From: Chrysomallon squamiferum
Lineage: Eukaryota; Animalia; Mollusca
Direction of reading: 5' to 3'
DNA length: 64,000 nt
NCBI GenBank assembly: GCA_012295275.1
Contig: CM022671.1
Span: 10,850,001-10,914,000, forward strand
The position numbers and the translations under genes were made by a program. Under the pieces are notes generated by a model that ran no database searches, was not told the origin of the DNA, and saw nothing but the letters and a program-made list of their open reading frames with translations. Each line of letters opens with the position of its first letter. The stretch's first letter is position 1. Positions 51,501 to 62,399 of this stretch are shown here, in pieces.

Positions 51501-54500
51501 ATAATAATGATAATAATAATAAAAATAATGTAATACAAAAGATAACATTCTTAAAAAGCAGATATGTTTTTGGTATTTTTTAATAAAATTGTAAGAAAAA
51601 CAAATAAATCTAGTCTACTATTTATTTATTATTCTATGTATGATCAATTTGATAAATGTTATAATTACAAATAGAATGATTTATTTGTTAGGGAAGATAT
51701 ATATATTACCTGAGTACTAATGTACATTTTATTAACATTCACTAAATTAAACTACAGATCAATAAAATAAAAAGTCTACTAATTGGATTTCATGACAAAG
51801 GTGTTAGAAAACTGAGAGAGATACCTGTGTTGATCACTCGTCATCAGTTTGGACAGGTTAGTATAAAGGTAACCAAGTGTACTGAAGTTATCATATCTAT
51901 CTAACCTAAACACTTGACTTTGTAGCTCCTTGTCACAGTGAAAATTGTCTCTGTAAGAATAAAAACTGTTATAGAGAACTGTACAGTGAAAAGTGATTTG
52001 CATCTAGAGACATGTTCACTATTTACAATTATCAGCATTAAAATATTTCAGTAAATTTCGTTTTATTGAGCATGGATAATCCAAAAATACATTTTTAGTT
52101 AAATGTTATCTTCAAATTAATTTTTATTTTATTTATTATTATCTTTTTTTAATGAATAAAATTAAAGAATATTCTAATAATATAATAGTAAGTTAAAATC
52201 AGATATTTTAATAAAATTCAATTACCTGTCTACCACCACCTGCACAGTATGTTCTGATATTTGTTTGATAACACCTGTACAAAGAACCAGCAATTTTCCA
52301 TCGTCTGTGCTGATCGTAATGTTGTCATTAACTGTCAGACCAACAGCATTCACAAGTGAGTCTGACAGACTAGAAACATAAATTTCAGATATGTAAATAT
52401 ACTAACCAGTAAGACTGTGTCTGACTAATACCATTACAAGAAGTATCTGTGGCAGTTACATATATTTAACAAAACAAAAACAACACAAAAACAACAACCA
52501 ACATTTAAAAAATACACTACCATGAAACTGTCAGAAAATCGTGAATATTTTATTGTTGTGCTGTCATAGTGTTTGGATATAGATACAAAAACATCAATAA
52601 GACAGAACTACAGACAGTATATTTATGTCCTTAATTTGCTGTTACACATACACACAAAAAAGTCCACTCATCTTACTCTTAGAAAAAACTGAATGTATTC
52701 ACACATTTTGTAACTTCTATTAAGACAAAAGGATTAATATTAATAACAGGGTGTAAATTAAACATAAAAATAACGAGTAATGTTGTTCGGTAACTGTGCC
52801 TTCAAACTAGCAGAATTAATGATATACCAATTTATGTGGCTGAACAGATTTTGAATATATTTCATACTCTATAATAATGTGTGTTTAACAGAAATATCTG
52901 AGTAGAATTGACAGACCTGTTGTATTGTGCCAGTCTGCTAAATGTTATGAGGTAACTTGTTCCTTCTGAGTAAAACTGACTGTCTGTGATCAGTCCTACT
53001 TCTGTGTTTGTGATCACCATACCACTAAGACAGTCCCCTTCAATTTCTCTGAAATCAAATAGAAACTATATTTGTTACAATTTTAAAAAGCAAATCTTTT
53101 CAGCAGAAAAACAAAATTTAAAATTTCAATGCAGTTGTAAACTGTTCATTATCACTGTAAAAATTGCCAAATTTGTGAGTAAGAGATAAATTACCTGTCA
53201 GTACTAGATTTACACCAAATATCTTTAATGTTAGTCTGCTGCCCGTCTCGTGACTCGAGATCCAGACACAAACACCAGTGAAAGAAATATTCGAGATGAT
53301 TCTCTGACAGATGACTCAGTGTTGAGTCCACCAGACTTGACATAGCATGCGTCTTGTCTAGATTTAGCTCTTCCAGGTTTCTTTAAAAATAAATAAACAA
53401 ACCAGTGATAATAATGAAAATTCAATACAATGTTAGTTTTTTAACTATTACTACTACTAATAATAAATATAACAATAATAAAAGAATACATTAAACATTA
53501 TTAATTAATTTGAAAAATAATTTCCAATTGTTTTTTTTTTTTAGTTTTTGACCTTTAAAGTGAATGTAGTTAGACAAACAAATACAAACAAAGTTAATGG
53601 TTATAAATTATTTTGAAACTGATATTCTTATTTATTTATTTACTAAATTTATTTTTATTTATTTATTCATTTCTAGTGAATGTAGTCAAGTTTCTCTAGC
53701 ATTTACTTCTTTCTAAAAAAAACATCACTGTGATTGGTTATTTAATTAAATCAAAGTACACAGTTGTGGGTAATCTTAGTCAAAGTACCTCTGATAGGCA
53801 GTACAGTTGAGGAGTTGTGGACATCTTGCACATGTTCTAGAATTATTGATAGGTTGCGGTAACTGACCAAACTGATATGTGAGACCATCCCCACTTGATG
53901 ATGTAGTAACCTGCTGACTCAAATAGTAAGCTATCTCATTTCTTAGTTGTATGAGACCTTTACAAATTAAAATTAATATAAAAAAATAACAATTACTAGC
54001 AATCTGAATATTAGCCTTTGTCTATTGTTTAATTATTGGTTTGTTACTGACAAACATTATCAAAACCTGAATGTACAGACAAAATCTATTTTATAAATTC
54101 AATATATATTTTTTATTTTACACATTAATATAAATTTTAGCTGATTATTTGAATTAGAAAAGTATTGGATCAGTAGGAGAAAGGTTTCAAAGAATTATAC
54201 TAAAAATAGATAAAACAAACCTCTTTTATTTTCCTGCTTCACAGGGATAAGTTTCATGTCTGGATCCTTTAAATACAACAGCAAGCCTTCCTGAGGGTCC
54301 TCTCTCCTGTCTGAACTCATCATGGAGTACAGAGTCACCTGTGATTAACAACAGCAAACTATCAAACATACTGAAAATTTAATTGTTATAATTTTAAAAC
54401 ACCACTGATTAATGCAAATAATGCGTATGTGAAGAAATATAAGAGAAGAATTATATCATTGTCTCTGCAAGATAAATCAGTATTTTCTACTGGTAATAGG

Positions 54501-56492
54501 TGTCAGTAATGTGTTTTTTATTTGGTCTGAGAGAAGAAACCCAACTCCATCTATTACTTTAATTAGCTTTGCTAATATTTTATATGCACCTTCCCATGCA
54601 AAGGATAGGATATATTACAGCCTTTGGTAAACAAGTGATGGGCCTGTAACTGCAGTATGCCAAAAAATTGAACTTCAGACATGCCATGACTCAGAACAAA
54701 ACTGTAGACATCGTCAGTACACTTTTCTATTAGAATGAGTACAGTGAACATCAGATTTCTACATTTTCACTTTAGTATAAAGCATTTAGATTATTCATAC
54801 TTGGCCCTTGTGTTCTATGGAATATGTGGTTTTTCCGGTCTTCAGTTCAAGAGGTATAATTTTCTTCTCTACATTACATTTCTCTCTCTGAATCTTAAAT
54901 AACAAAATAAATCACACAATTATGACAATAAAAATCAGTAAATAAAAAAACTGTTTTATGGAACAAATATTGACAACAGATGTAAATATATTATTTATGT
55001 TAAATTTGAAATAAATAACACTGTGCTAACCTTAACCTCAACTGTGAGATCAATTTTTCCTTTTATCCCAAACCTGAAATAACAAACAAAAGATAATTTT
55101 AACAAGCAATTATGAATCTAAATTTGTTTATGAGCCTTTATAAAAATAGTTTCTAATATGAAAAACTAATGACTAAAACTAAATCTAAATTCTAACTTAA
55201 CTAAAACCAGCCATTTGGTGATTATCTAATACTGATCAAAACACAAAAATAAAGCATAATTTCATTTACCTGGGAGACCAAATATTTTCTTCAATGTCTT
55301 TAATTCTACAAATCTGCACATCATTCAGCCTGAAATGAATACAGTGACAAAGTTCACAAACTGGTATCTGGTAAGTGAAAATATTTAATTAAATAGAGAA
55401 GTTCCTAAAAGCTTACATACTGATTTTAAACACTAAAATGCCTGATTCAGAACATATGGTAAATATAATATGATATATTATTTGCACTGTATGTAATTGT
55501 GATACACTTCAAGATATTCACAAAAGGTTCTAGCTTAGAAATGGACTTAAACTGGAATGTTATCATCTTTAAATAAATATTTGTAAAATTGTAACTACAA
55601 AGTTCAAAAGTAAACTCAGTTTATTTATTTTAAATGCATTTGCACTCTTATCAGTTTGCTAACAGGCCTACAGTTTACACTGGGCAAAAGTTTATAGTTA
55701 ATATAACTCACAGGTTTTAAAAATTATAATCACAAATTTCAAAAGCAGATTGCAATGTAAGTAATTTAAACTCAGTTTGCACTCTATCAGGTGTACAGTT
55801 TACACTGGGTACAGTATTTAATTAATGTCCCACCTGTTTCTAGAAGTTTCCTTGTTTAAAGCAGTGGTGAGATGAAGCCACTTCTGGAGAGGTGGAATGT
55901 ATTTCTTTATTTCCTCAAGAACGACCGCCTCCGACACATTCTGACTGTACCTGCAAACGAGTAACACACAGACACATATTAAATTACTGTCTCGATGAAC
56001 TGACATATTAAATTACTGTCTCAATGAATTAACAAACCAAAAAGAAAAGAAAAGGCATCAGCTAAAATTAGAAGAATGCTTTTAAAAATATATAATTCTT
56101 TAACATGATGAATATTTCAATTTTTAGGATTAAATGAGATCATTTTTCAAATAAAAACCTTGTTTCCTCGGGAAGAGACAAAAATATATTTGCCAAACAA
56201 AACTTATATACATTTGCAACATCAAAATTTAATTAGTGTCTTAACATAATTTTTAAAATTTGTATGCTGTTTATTGGGTAATGGTCCTGGATTCTGTTTT
56301 CTTGTTTACCTAAAACTTTTCAGATAAATTACAGAGAATAAACATCTGGCTTACATTTCATGGAGAAATTTGGAAAGCTGCATTACAGAAGTTGTTATTT
56401 TCATGATGTCCGATTCTGATGACACACGGTTCTTCAAAACCTTTTAACAAATTTTAGATATATTATAGATATTATACAGGTAGTATAATTAT

Positions 56493-56547
<55 letters not shown>

Positions 56548-59500
56548 GAAACCAAGTACATCTAATTTTGCTTTCCATCAGAACATCTAATATTTTTATC
56601 ACATGAAACATATTTGGTTATGTCAATTATATTAAAGACATATTTTTCAGTGAAATAATGCCATCATCTGTAACAAATCTTTTATCATAATAAAATAATT
56701 TCTCAGTAAAAAATAATAATAAAATTTAAAAAATTTAAAATTATGATGTATATTTAAGAAAAGAAAATAAAATCTTAGAAAGATAATGTGACAATAATAT
56801 CAAAAAATAAAATATATATATAATGTGGTATCCCTACAGCAATAGAATCAAATTTATTTTAATTACAAATTGTATAAATGATTGTCCCTGAAAATTTGCA
56901 ACATTTTACAAATCTACTGAAAAGAAAATTAATTTAAAAAGTCATTACTCAGACTCTTTGACACTCACTTAGAGATTCTACAATTTTAAATTAAAATCAG
57001 ATGTGTAGCTATTTTTCAGTTTTTGAAATAATGAAAATATTGTAAATATATATTTTTTTATATGAATTAAATACTTATAATTAAATATTATAATTCTTAC
57101 TTCTTGAAATACTGTGTGGATGACACTTCCAAATAGCATATGTATATTTTTATCATCACAACCCTGTGGAAAAAATAAAATGTTTATAAAAAAATAAATG
57201 AAAAAAATGTAGATCTGTAGTTAGTTTGTTAATGAAAGGGAATATATTTACAGTGTGGATCTAAAATCATTCACAACTTTTAGATTAACTGCAAATCATA
57301 ATATATATTTATGTATGTAAATGTAGATAACTAACAGAATTTCCAACTCTAAATATATGATAAATATTGAAAATTATTTTGGAAAATGGTAGTGGAACAA
57401 AATCTGAATGATTATGCAACCTATAATGTACAGATACATAAAAATAACTGTTTTCTTTACCTTAAATTTTTCACTCAAAACTGATCTGAAAAATAAAAAT
57501 AAACTAATTTGTTATTATTTTCCAAATTAGACTAAATGTATTATTTTATCAAATGGCTAATTTATACTTCTGTTATAAAATATTTAATTATTAAAAAAAC
57601 GTACCTGCGCATGCAGTGCACACTTGACACAACGGATGTTCCAGACACCAGTGCGTCTGGACGTATTATAATCAGACCTGACTCATCACTGATGTAACAT
57701 CTACTCTCCTCATTAAACTCTCCATGTACATTTACTACGTCATTCACCTCAACCTTACTGTCAGCCCTGTTGTCAAATACAAATCATCACACTTCGCATT
57801 ACACCAGTTTGTTTTGTTATTAACAAACGTCCATTGTAACATAACTAATATTTACACACACACACGATTATATGCACGTATGTATGCAAGTACGTATAAA
57901 TAAAACTTTATGTTTAAAAAAATACTGAAATCACTTGTATATTTTTACAAGCCTGCTGGCTCAAGCTTAACTGTGATTAGAAATAAAGGAAGAAAATGTT
58001 CTTGTAATCATTTATTTATGATTGACATATATGTAAATTAAAATATTTAACTGTGTAACTATTTAATGTTATTATTAGAATAAAGCTTATTGGAAAAGTG
58101 ATTAATCACAAAGGAACCTTACCAGAAACCTTGCAATATACAAGTCCTTTTTACATCAGAAACATCTGACTGTAAGTCCAGAATCAGGTCCTGTCTGATG
58201 AAAAAATAAAAATATCATCTCATTACGAATTTGTAGTTTTAATTCAATTTTATCTTATTCAGTACTTTTTTTTTTTTTAAACCAGTAGCTTGATATTTTA
58301 AATTTAATTGTTAGCTTAGTCTCCATTTATAACTGAATCCTCTGCATTGTTTCATAAATTAAATTTACTGTAATACAGATATATATAAAAAGATAATATT
58401 AAATTTCTAAAAAAAAATTATTTTTAAAAATCATGTAATTTTCATTAATTATCATTTGTCTTTTATTTATTATTTTACCTACCCAGCATACTCAACATGA
58501 ATGACCTTGTATCTTCCAAATCTATCTGCTGGCCTCACATTCTCTGTTTGAATCCTGTGAAAATAATTAATTATCATTTAAACTTTAATGATTATATGCA
58601 TGTAAACATCCAATGTATCTCATAAAAACAATAAAAATGTTAAACACTTTACTATGCCCTATGTTTTTAGATTATGTTTTAGATATGAACTGTAGTAAAT
58701 GAGAGAGCAGAAAGAAGAGATGATTATCAGAGACTAACTGAGAAATTTAACTCACATCTCGAAGGAACTGAAATCGTCAAATTCTTCACAGAGTAACTGA
58801 TTTTCTGACACATCATCCAAATTTGAGTCAGTCAGTGATTTACACAGTTCAAATAAAACAGGTTCAGACTTCTTTGTTTTTAGAGAAGTATCTTTGTTTT
58901 CTAAATCTAACATATCTAAAAAAATATCGTCTTCAAATAGTGCAGGGTCATTGTGTGAAATTTCCTTAACTGCTTCCTTTGTATTTAAATTCAAACTATT
59001 ATCAACAATATTTTTTGTGGCAAAAGGGGATTTTTCATCTTTTTTAAAGTTCCCATCACAAAAACCTCGAGACATCAGTTCAGCTTGATCTGAACGTTCA
59101 CTAGGTGTACCATTTCTGCAGTAGTCTCCATTACCTAACACATCAGTGGATAATGCATTGGTAGAACTGACCTCTTTGTCAACAGTTCCATGAACATCCA
59201 TTGTTTTAACTATCTGCTGTCTGTCAGGTAAAGAATTTAAATTCGTGACAGGATTTCTCGTTGTCGATACTGAATTAGTATTTGTTTTAGATTCTGATCT
59301 CATCTCATTCAAGATTTCGGACAGGAATTCATCATTTTCATCAAGATCTTTCATAACATCTTTCTTCATTTTGGTTACACCTAGCTGATAATCAAGTAGT
59401 GTGGCATTGTACTTGTCAGCCTCTGCATCCTGTGCACCCATTAAACACAGAACTCGTTTAACTTGGGATTTCACAACCTCTGTCTTCGTTGTTTGTAAAC

Positions 59501-60829
59501 ACTTATGGCTGTTGCTTTCATTTAAAGCTCTTTTGGCAGAAGGCGAAGATCCTGGTTTTGCAAGTCTTTTTGAATGCCCTTTAAATGAGTTGTAACACTT
59601 TGTTGGAGTATTTTCATCACCTCTGCTTAGATCATCTCCAATACTTTCTTCACAGTTGAAAGCATCATGTGTCTCTTCAGAGGGGTTCGTTAAATGTTCT
59701 CTCTGCTCTATTACATCCACATGGTGACTGTTTGTTTTAAACTCAACTGAAACTAAACTTTTATTTGTTTTCAAATGACTCTTTTGATTTTTAATCCCTT
59801 TTGTCTGAAACAACTTTGCTTTATGCCTTTCTCCAAGTAACGAAACTGATTTCAGGAAACTTCTGTTGCTTTTGAACTTTTTTCTCTCTTTGCCATTCAA
59901 CAAAAGACTTTCTGGTGTGTCTGGAATAGTAATATCTGGACTTCTCTCTTTGTCATCATAATGAACACATAATGGCTTCAATGGTGTACGAACTTGTGGA
60001 AGCAAAACTACTTGTATATTAGCAATGTCACCTGAACATAAATTTTTTCTTTTTAATTTCTGTCCTGAATCCAAATTCTCTATATCAGTGTTTGTATCCA
60101 AAGAAAAATCTTTAATTTGTGATTCACTAATATTTGCTGTGACATGAGAGGGCTGGGTTTTAACACAAGTGAAACTTTGTTTTTGAGGTTTACAAGAACC
60201 CACATTTGTGAAAAGTTTGCTCTGGGTGCCTTTCTGATTATCAGACTTGCTCTGGAAAAAAAAAAATATAATAATAATAATAATAAATAAAAAATTATAA
60301 ACTGATGATTTACAGCAAAGGATATTTTACAGTTAGAAAAGCACATGAATAAATAAATTAAATGGCCCAATGGATACCTTAAGATAGACTCTAAAATATC
60401 AAACCTCAGTACTTCATTCAAATTATTACATGCTCATATGTAAAAAATTATTGTGAATATGTTAATTTATTTAAGAACTAAAACAAAATATATATTATTA
60501 TTTTTCAATGTATATATTATAATAACAATGAACAGTTTCAGAAATATTAAAATATTGCAAGTACCTGGAAAAATGTTGATATGTTCATTTGCTTCTCATC
60601 CTAAAAAAGCAATAAAAATTATTTCATGGCATAAATGAATGAATATGTTATATTTTATTCTGTTTAAAGTTTTTACAATAAGTGTTCTCAAATATTTCAT
60701 AGGGTAGTCAAAGTTTAGTATAAATAAATAAAAATAATGAATGACAGATGCATAGGTAAACAAAAAACTTTAACATAGAAGTACCTTTGTGGCAGCAGGG
60801 CACTTTTTGTCAGTTTTCACTTTCAACAT
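45485..60829 (-). CDS. DNA2: DNA replication ATP-dependent helicase/nuclease DNA2 (31 coding exons, 4566 nt, 1521 aa)
   Basis: Hand-spliced model with GT-AG introns and consistent phases. Nuclease motifs [27 protein letters not shown] and EHKGQVTLY. Fe-S cysteines CMRR and [12 protein letters not shown]1 helicase motifs [45 protein letters not shown] and [10 protein letters not shown]. Confidence 0.96.
45801..45947 (-). CDS. DNA2: DNA2 exon 30
   Basis: [25 protein letters not shown]. Confidence 0.95.
46215..46692. repeat. Local tandem duplication carrying a decayed copy of the 3' part of DNA2 exon 29 (copy at 46410-46479)
   Basis: GAAATGATGATGACATCTTTGTCTC at ~46437 and ~46644; AAAAAAAGTCTATT..AAACCTGTGTT..CTGAGTCT at ~46242 and ~46514. 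Confidence 0.85.
46607..46798 (-). CDS. DNA2: DNA2 exon 29
   Basis: [11 protein letters not shown]...[24 protein letters not shown]. Confidence 0.95.
47162..47254 (-). CDS. DNA2: DNA2 exon 28
   Basis: [22 protein letters not shown]. Confidence 0.92.
47793..47867 (-). CDS. DNA2: DNA2 exon 27
   Basis: [25 protein letters not shown]; an alternative in-frame acceptor 6 nt further in is possible. Confidence 0.85.
48139..48247 (-). CDS. DNA2: DNA2 exon 26
   Basis: [18 protein letters not shown]. Confidence 0.94.
48702..48788 (-). CDS. DNA2: DNA2 exon 25
   Basis: GMSESLF...LSIQYRMN. Confidence 0.94.
49017..49210 (-). CDS. DNA2: DNA2 exon 24
   Basis: [11 protein letters not shown]...[16 protein letters not shown]. 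Confidence 0.95.
49595..49723 (-). CDS. DNA2: DNA2 exon 23
   Basis: [18 protein letters not shown]. Confidence 0.93.
50071..50186 (-). CDS. DNA2: DNA2 exon 22
   Basis: GKTSMII...[19 protein letters not shown]. Confidence 0.95.
50611..50659 (-). CDS. DNA2: DNA2 exon 21
   Basis: [16 protein letters not shown] (first half of Walker A). Confidence 0.93.
50953..51005 (-). CDS. DNA2: DNA2 exon 20
   Basis: [17 protein letters not shown]. Confidence 0.9.
51362..51441 (-). CDS. DNA2: DNA2 exon 19
   Basis: [15 protein letters not shown]. Confidence 0.92.
51825..51950 (-). CDS. DNA2: DNA2 exon 18
   Basis: [24 protein letters not shown]. Confidence 0.92.
52226..52369 (-). CDS. DNA2: DNA2 exon 17
   Basis: [33 protein letters not shown]. 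Confidence 0.9.
52917..53048 (-). CDS. DNA2: DNA2 exon 16
   Basis: [10 protein letters not shown]...YLITFSR. Confidence 0.88.
53195..53380 (-). CDS. DNA2: DNA2 exon 15
   Basis: [25 protein letters not shown]. Confidence 0.92.
53789..53957 (-). CDS. DNA2: DNA2 exon 14
   Basis: [12 protein letters not shown]...[14 protein letters not shown]. Confidence 0.93.
54221..54338 (-). CDS. DNA2: DNA2 exon 13
   Basis: [24 protein letters not shown]. Confidence 0.93.
54525..54650. mobile_element. Decayed SINE core fragment resembling molluscan Nin-domain SINEs
   Basis: GAGAAGAAACCC...TTTTATATGCACCTTCCCA..AGGATAG..TACAGCCTTTG..ACAAGTGATGG resembles, from memory, the TTTTATATGCACCATCCCACAGACAGGATAG..ACGGCCTTTG core. 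Not checked against a library. Confidence 0.45.
54801..54893 (-). CDS. DNA2: DNA2 exon 12
   Basis: [20 protein letters not shown]. Confidence 0.92.
55031..55073 (-). CDS. DNA2: DNA2 exon 11
   Basis: [14 protein letters not shown]. Confidence 0.93.
55270..55329 (-). CDS. DNA2: DNA2 exon 10
   Basis: [19 protein letters not shown]. Confidence 0.93.
55834..55950 (-). CDS. DNA2: DNA2 exon 9
   Basis: [24 protein letters not shown]. Confidence 0.9.
56355..56440 (-). CDS. DNA2: DNA2 exon 8
   Basis: [29 protein letters not shown]. Confidence 0.87.
56495..56543. repeat. (TG)n microsatellite
   Basis: Seen directly. Confidence 0.98.
57101..57163 (-). CDS. DNA2: DNA2 exon 7
   Basis: [21 protein letters not shown]. 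Confidence 0.92.
57461..57485 (-). CDS. DNA2: DNA2 exon 6 (25-nt microexon)
   Basis: (R)SVLSEKFK; restores phase between exons 5 and 7. Confidence 0.88.
57605..57766 (-). CDS. DNA2: DNA2 exon 5
   Basis: [24 protein letters not shown]. Confidence 0.93.
58123..58194 (-). CDS. DNA2: DNA2 exon 4
   Basis: [24 protein letters not shown]. Confidence 0.87.
58483..58554 (-). CDS. DNA2: DNA2 exon 3
   Basis: [23 protein letters not shown]; GT-AG. Confidence 0.85.
58756..60251 (-). CDS. DNA2: DNA2 exon 2, long low-complexity N-terminal region
   Basis: 1496-nt open exon (ORF 58752-60203); poly-T-CCAG acceptor; AT|GTGAG donor, phase 2. Confidence 0.88.
60785..60829 (-). CDS. DNA2: DNA2 coding exon 1 ([15 protein letters not shown]); exon with 5'UTR spans 60785-60902
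   Basis: ATG preceded by an in-frame TGA; AAG|GTAC donor, phase 0, matches the next exon. Confidence 0.7.
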
Positions 60830-60980
60830 AGTGATTGTGTCTGACACTGGATCGACTCCTCAAAATATATATTGTTTATCATTGTTTTTCCATCTCAGAA
60901 TCCTTATGGAAAAAAAAAAAAAAAAATTAATTAAAAAAATAATATTTAAAAATACCTATGTTAAAATGAAAGTCAGTTAA

Positions 60981-60981
<1 letters not shown>

Positions 60982-61023
<42 letters not shown>
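60982..61023. repeat. (TG)n microsatellite
   Basis: Seen directly. Confidence 0.98.
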
Positions 61024-61024
<1 letters not shown>

Positions 61025-61456
61025 CATAATGAAAGGTAAATCAAAGAAAAATTGTTAAATTTAATCACTAGATTAGTAAATACTAAGAATAAGATAGTAG
61101 ATGACGATCAGTAACTTTCAGTTAATCAACTTAAGTTAATGTTTAGCTTTTCTGATTCACTGAATAATTTATGTGGCTGATCAATAATCATATAATTTCT
61201 AATAATCTGTAAAAAAAGAATGAAATGATTATTTAAAAAAACAAATAAACAAACAACAACAAAAATATTATTAATAATAACATCTCGTCTAAAACTGTTC
61301 ATTTACATGTAAGTTGTAATAATGATTCAATCAAGCTCTGGAATTGAATAACTTTGCATCATAAAATCAAAATCTTTTGTGGATATGTATACTTTTGATG
61401 AATGTATGCAATTAAAATAGATACATGTTGTTTGATTTTCGATCTAATTACTTTAC

Positions 61457-61470
61457 TTTTCCCGCGAAAA
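61457..61470. promoter_or_regulatory. E2F site TTTTCCCGCGAAAA in the putative DNA2 promoter / first non-coding exon
   Basis: Exact TTTSSCGC match on + (TTTCCCGC), near match TTTCGCGG on -; ~630 bp upstream of the DNA2 ATG in a locally CpG-retaining stretch. Confidence 0.65.
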
Positions 61471-62004
61471 CATATAAAATATTCCGATTTGACTTCACAA
61501 TCGGAAATGTAAATAATAAATAATAGTACAAATTGCAACGGTACTTCGAAATTTTGATATTATGACGTTCTTTATTTCTTAATTTTTACTTTCATCCACT
61601 ATAATATATATTTTTTTAAATATTTTGAAAATAAATCATAAATTGAATTCTTTATTCGACCATAATAGATTTTTCTAATTTTGACTAAAAAGCAAACGGA
61701 CTTTAGTCTCGATCAAAACAGTTGTTTGTAAGTTGTTGTATACAGTATAGGGTTTACCCAGAGACAGCATTAATACAACTAGAGTAATTATTAGCGACAG
61801 TAAATGTCAAATAATGAAAACAGGCCATAAGATTTTGTTTCTGTTGCGGTAATAATGATTGTTTAAAATAATATTACTTATCATATGCTTAAAAATCCTT
61901 CTTCAGATGTAATATAAATACAATACCATTTAGTATTACAGTTTAAGGAACTTGTACGCTTTATTAATTTTGTTTTACATCAGAAGTAACTGCTTTACTG
62001 TGAT

Positions 62005-62014
62005 ACAGACAGAC

Positions 62015-62092
<78 letters not shown>
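62005..62092. repeat. (ACAG)n(AG)n microsatellite
   Basis: Seen directly. Confidence 0.98.
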
Positions 62093-62094
<2 letters not shown>

Positions 62095-62399
62095 TGCCTT
62101 AATCTCCTTAACAAGACAAGATATTTGAATGGAATTTTCAGGACAAAGCGAGAATGATATCAGCATTTCAAAGTACATTTGATTCTGTGAAATTTTGATC
62201 ATTAATTAATATAACAGTGGCAGAAATCAATAGAAAAGTCTGTCTTGTTTAAAAATCAACAGTTTCTCAATTAATGACTAATGAATTAATAAAATAATTA
62301 ATTATAATGTAAGAAATGCTCTTTATTAAAGCTTTATGACATGATTTGGGGAAGGGAGAGCAAATTAAATCCTGCACGAACTCAGATGTATGAACTGTA

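Noticed and set aside
55610-56030. Small intronic duplications (55612-55685 versus 55768-55809; 29-bp tandem at 55975-56032)
   Set aside because: Ordinary slippage duplications with no evident function.
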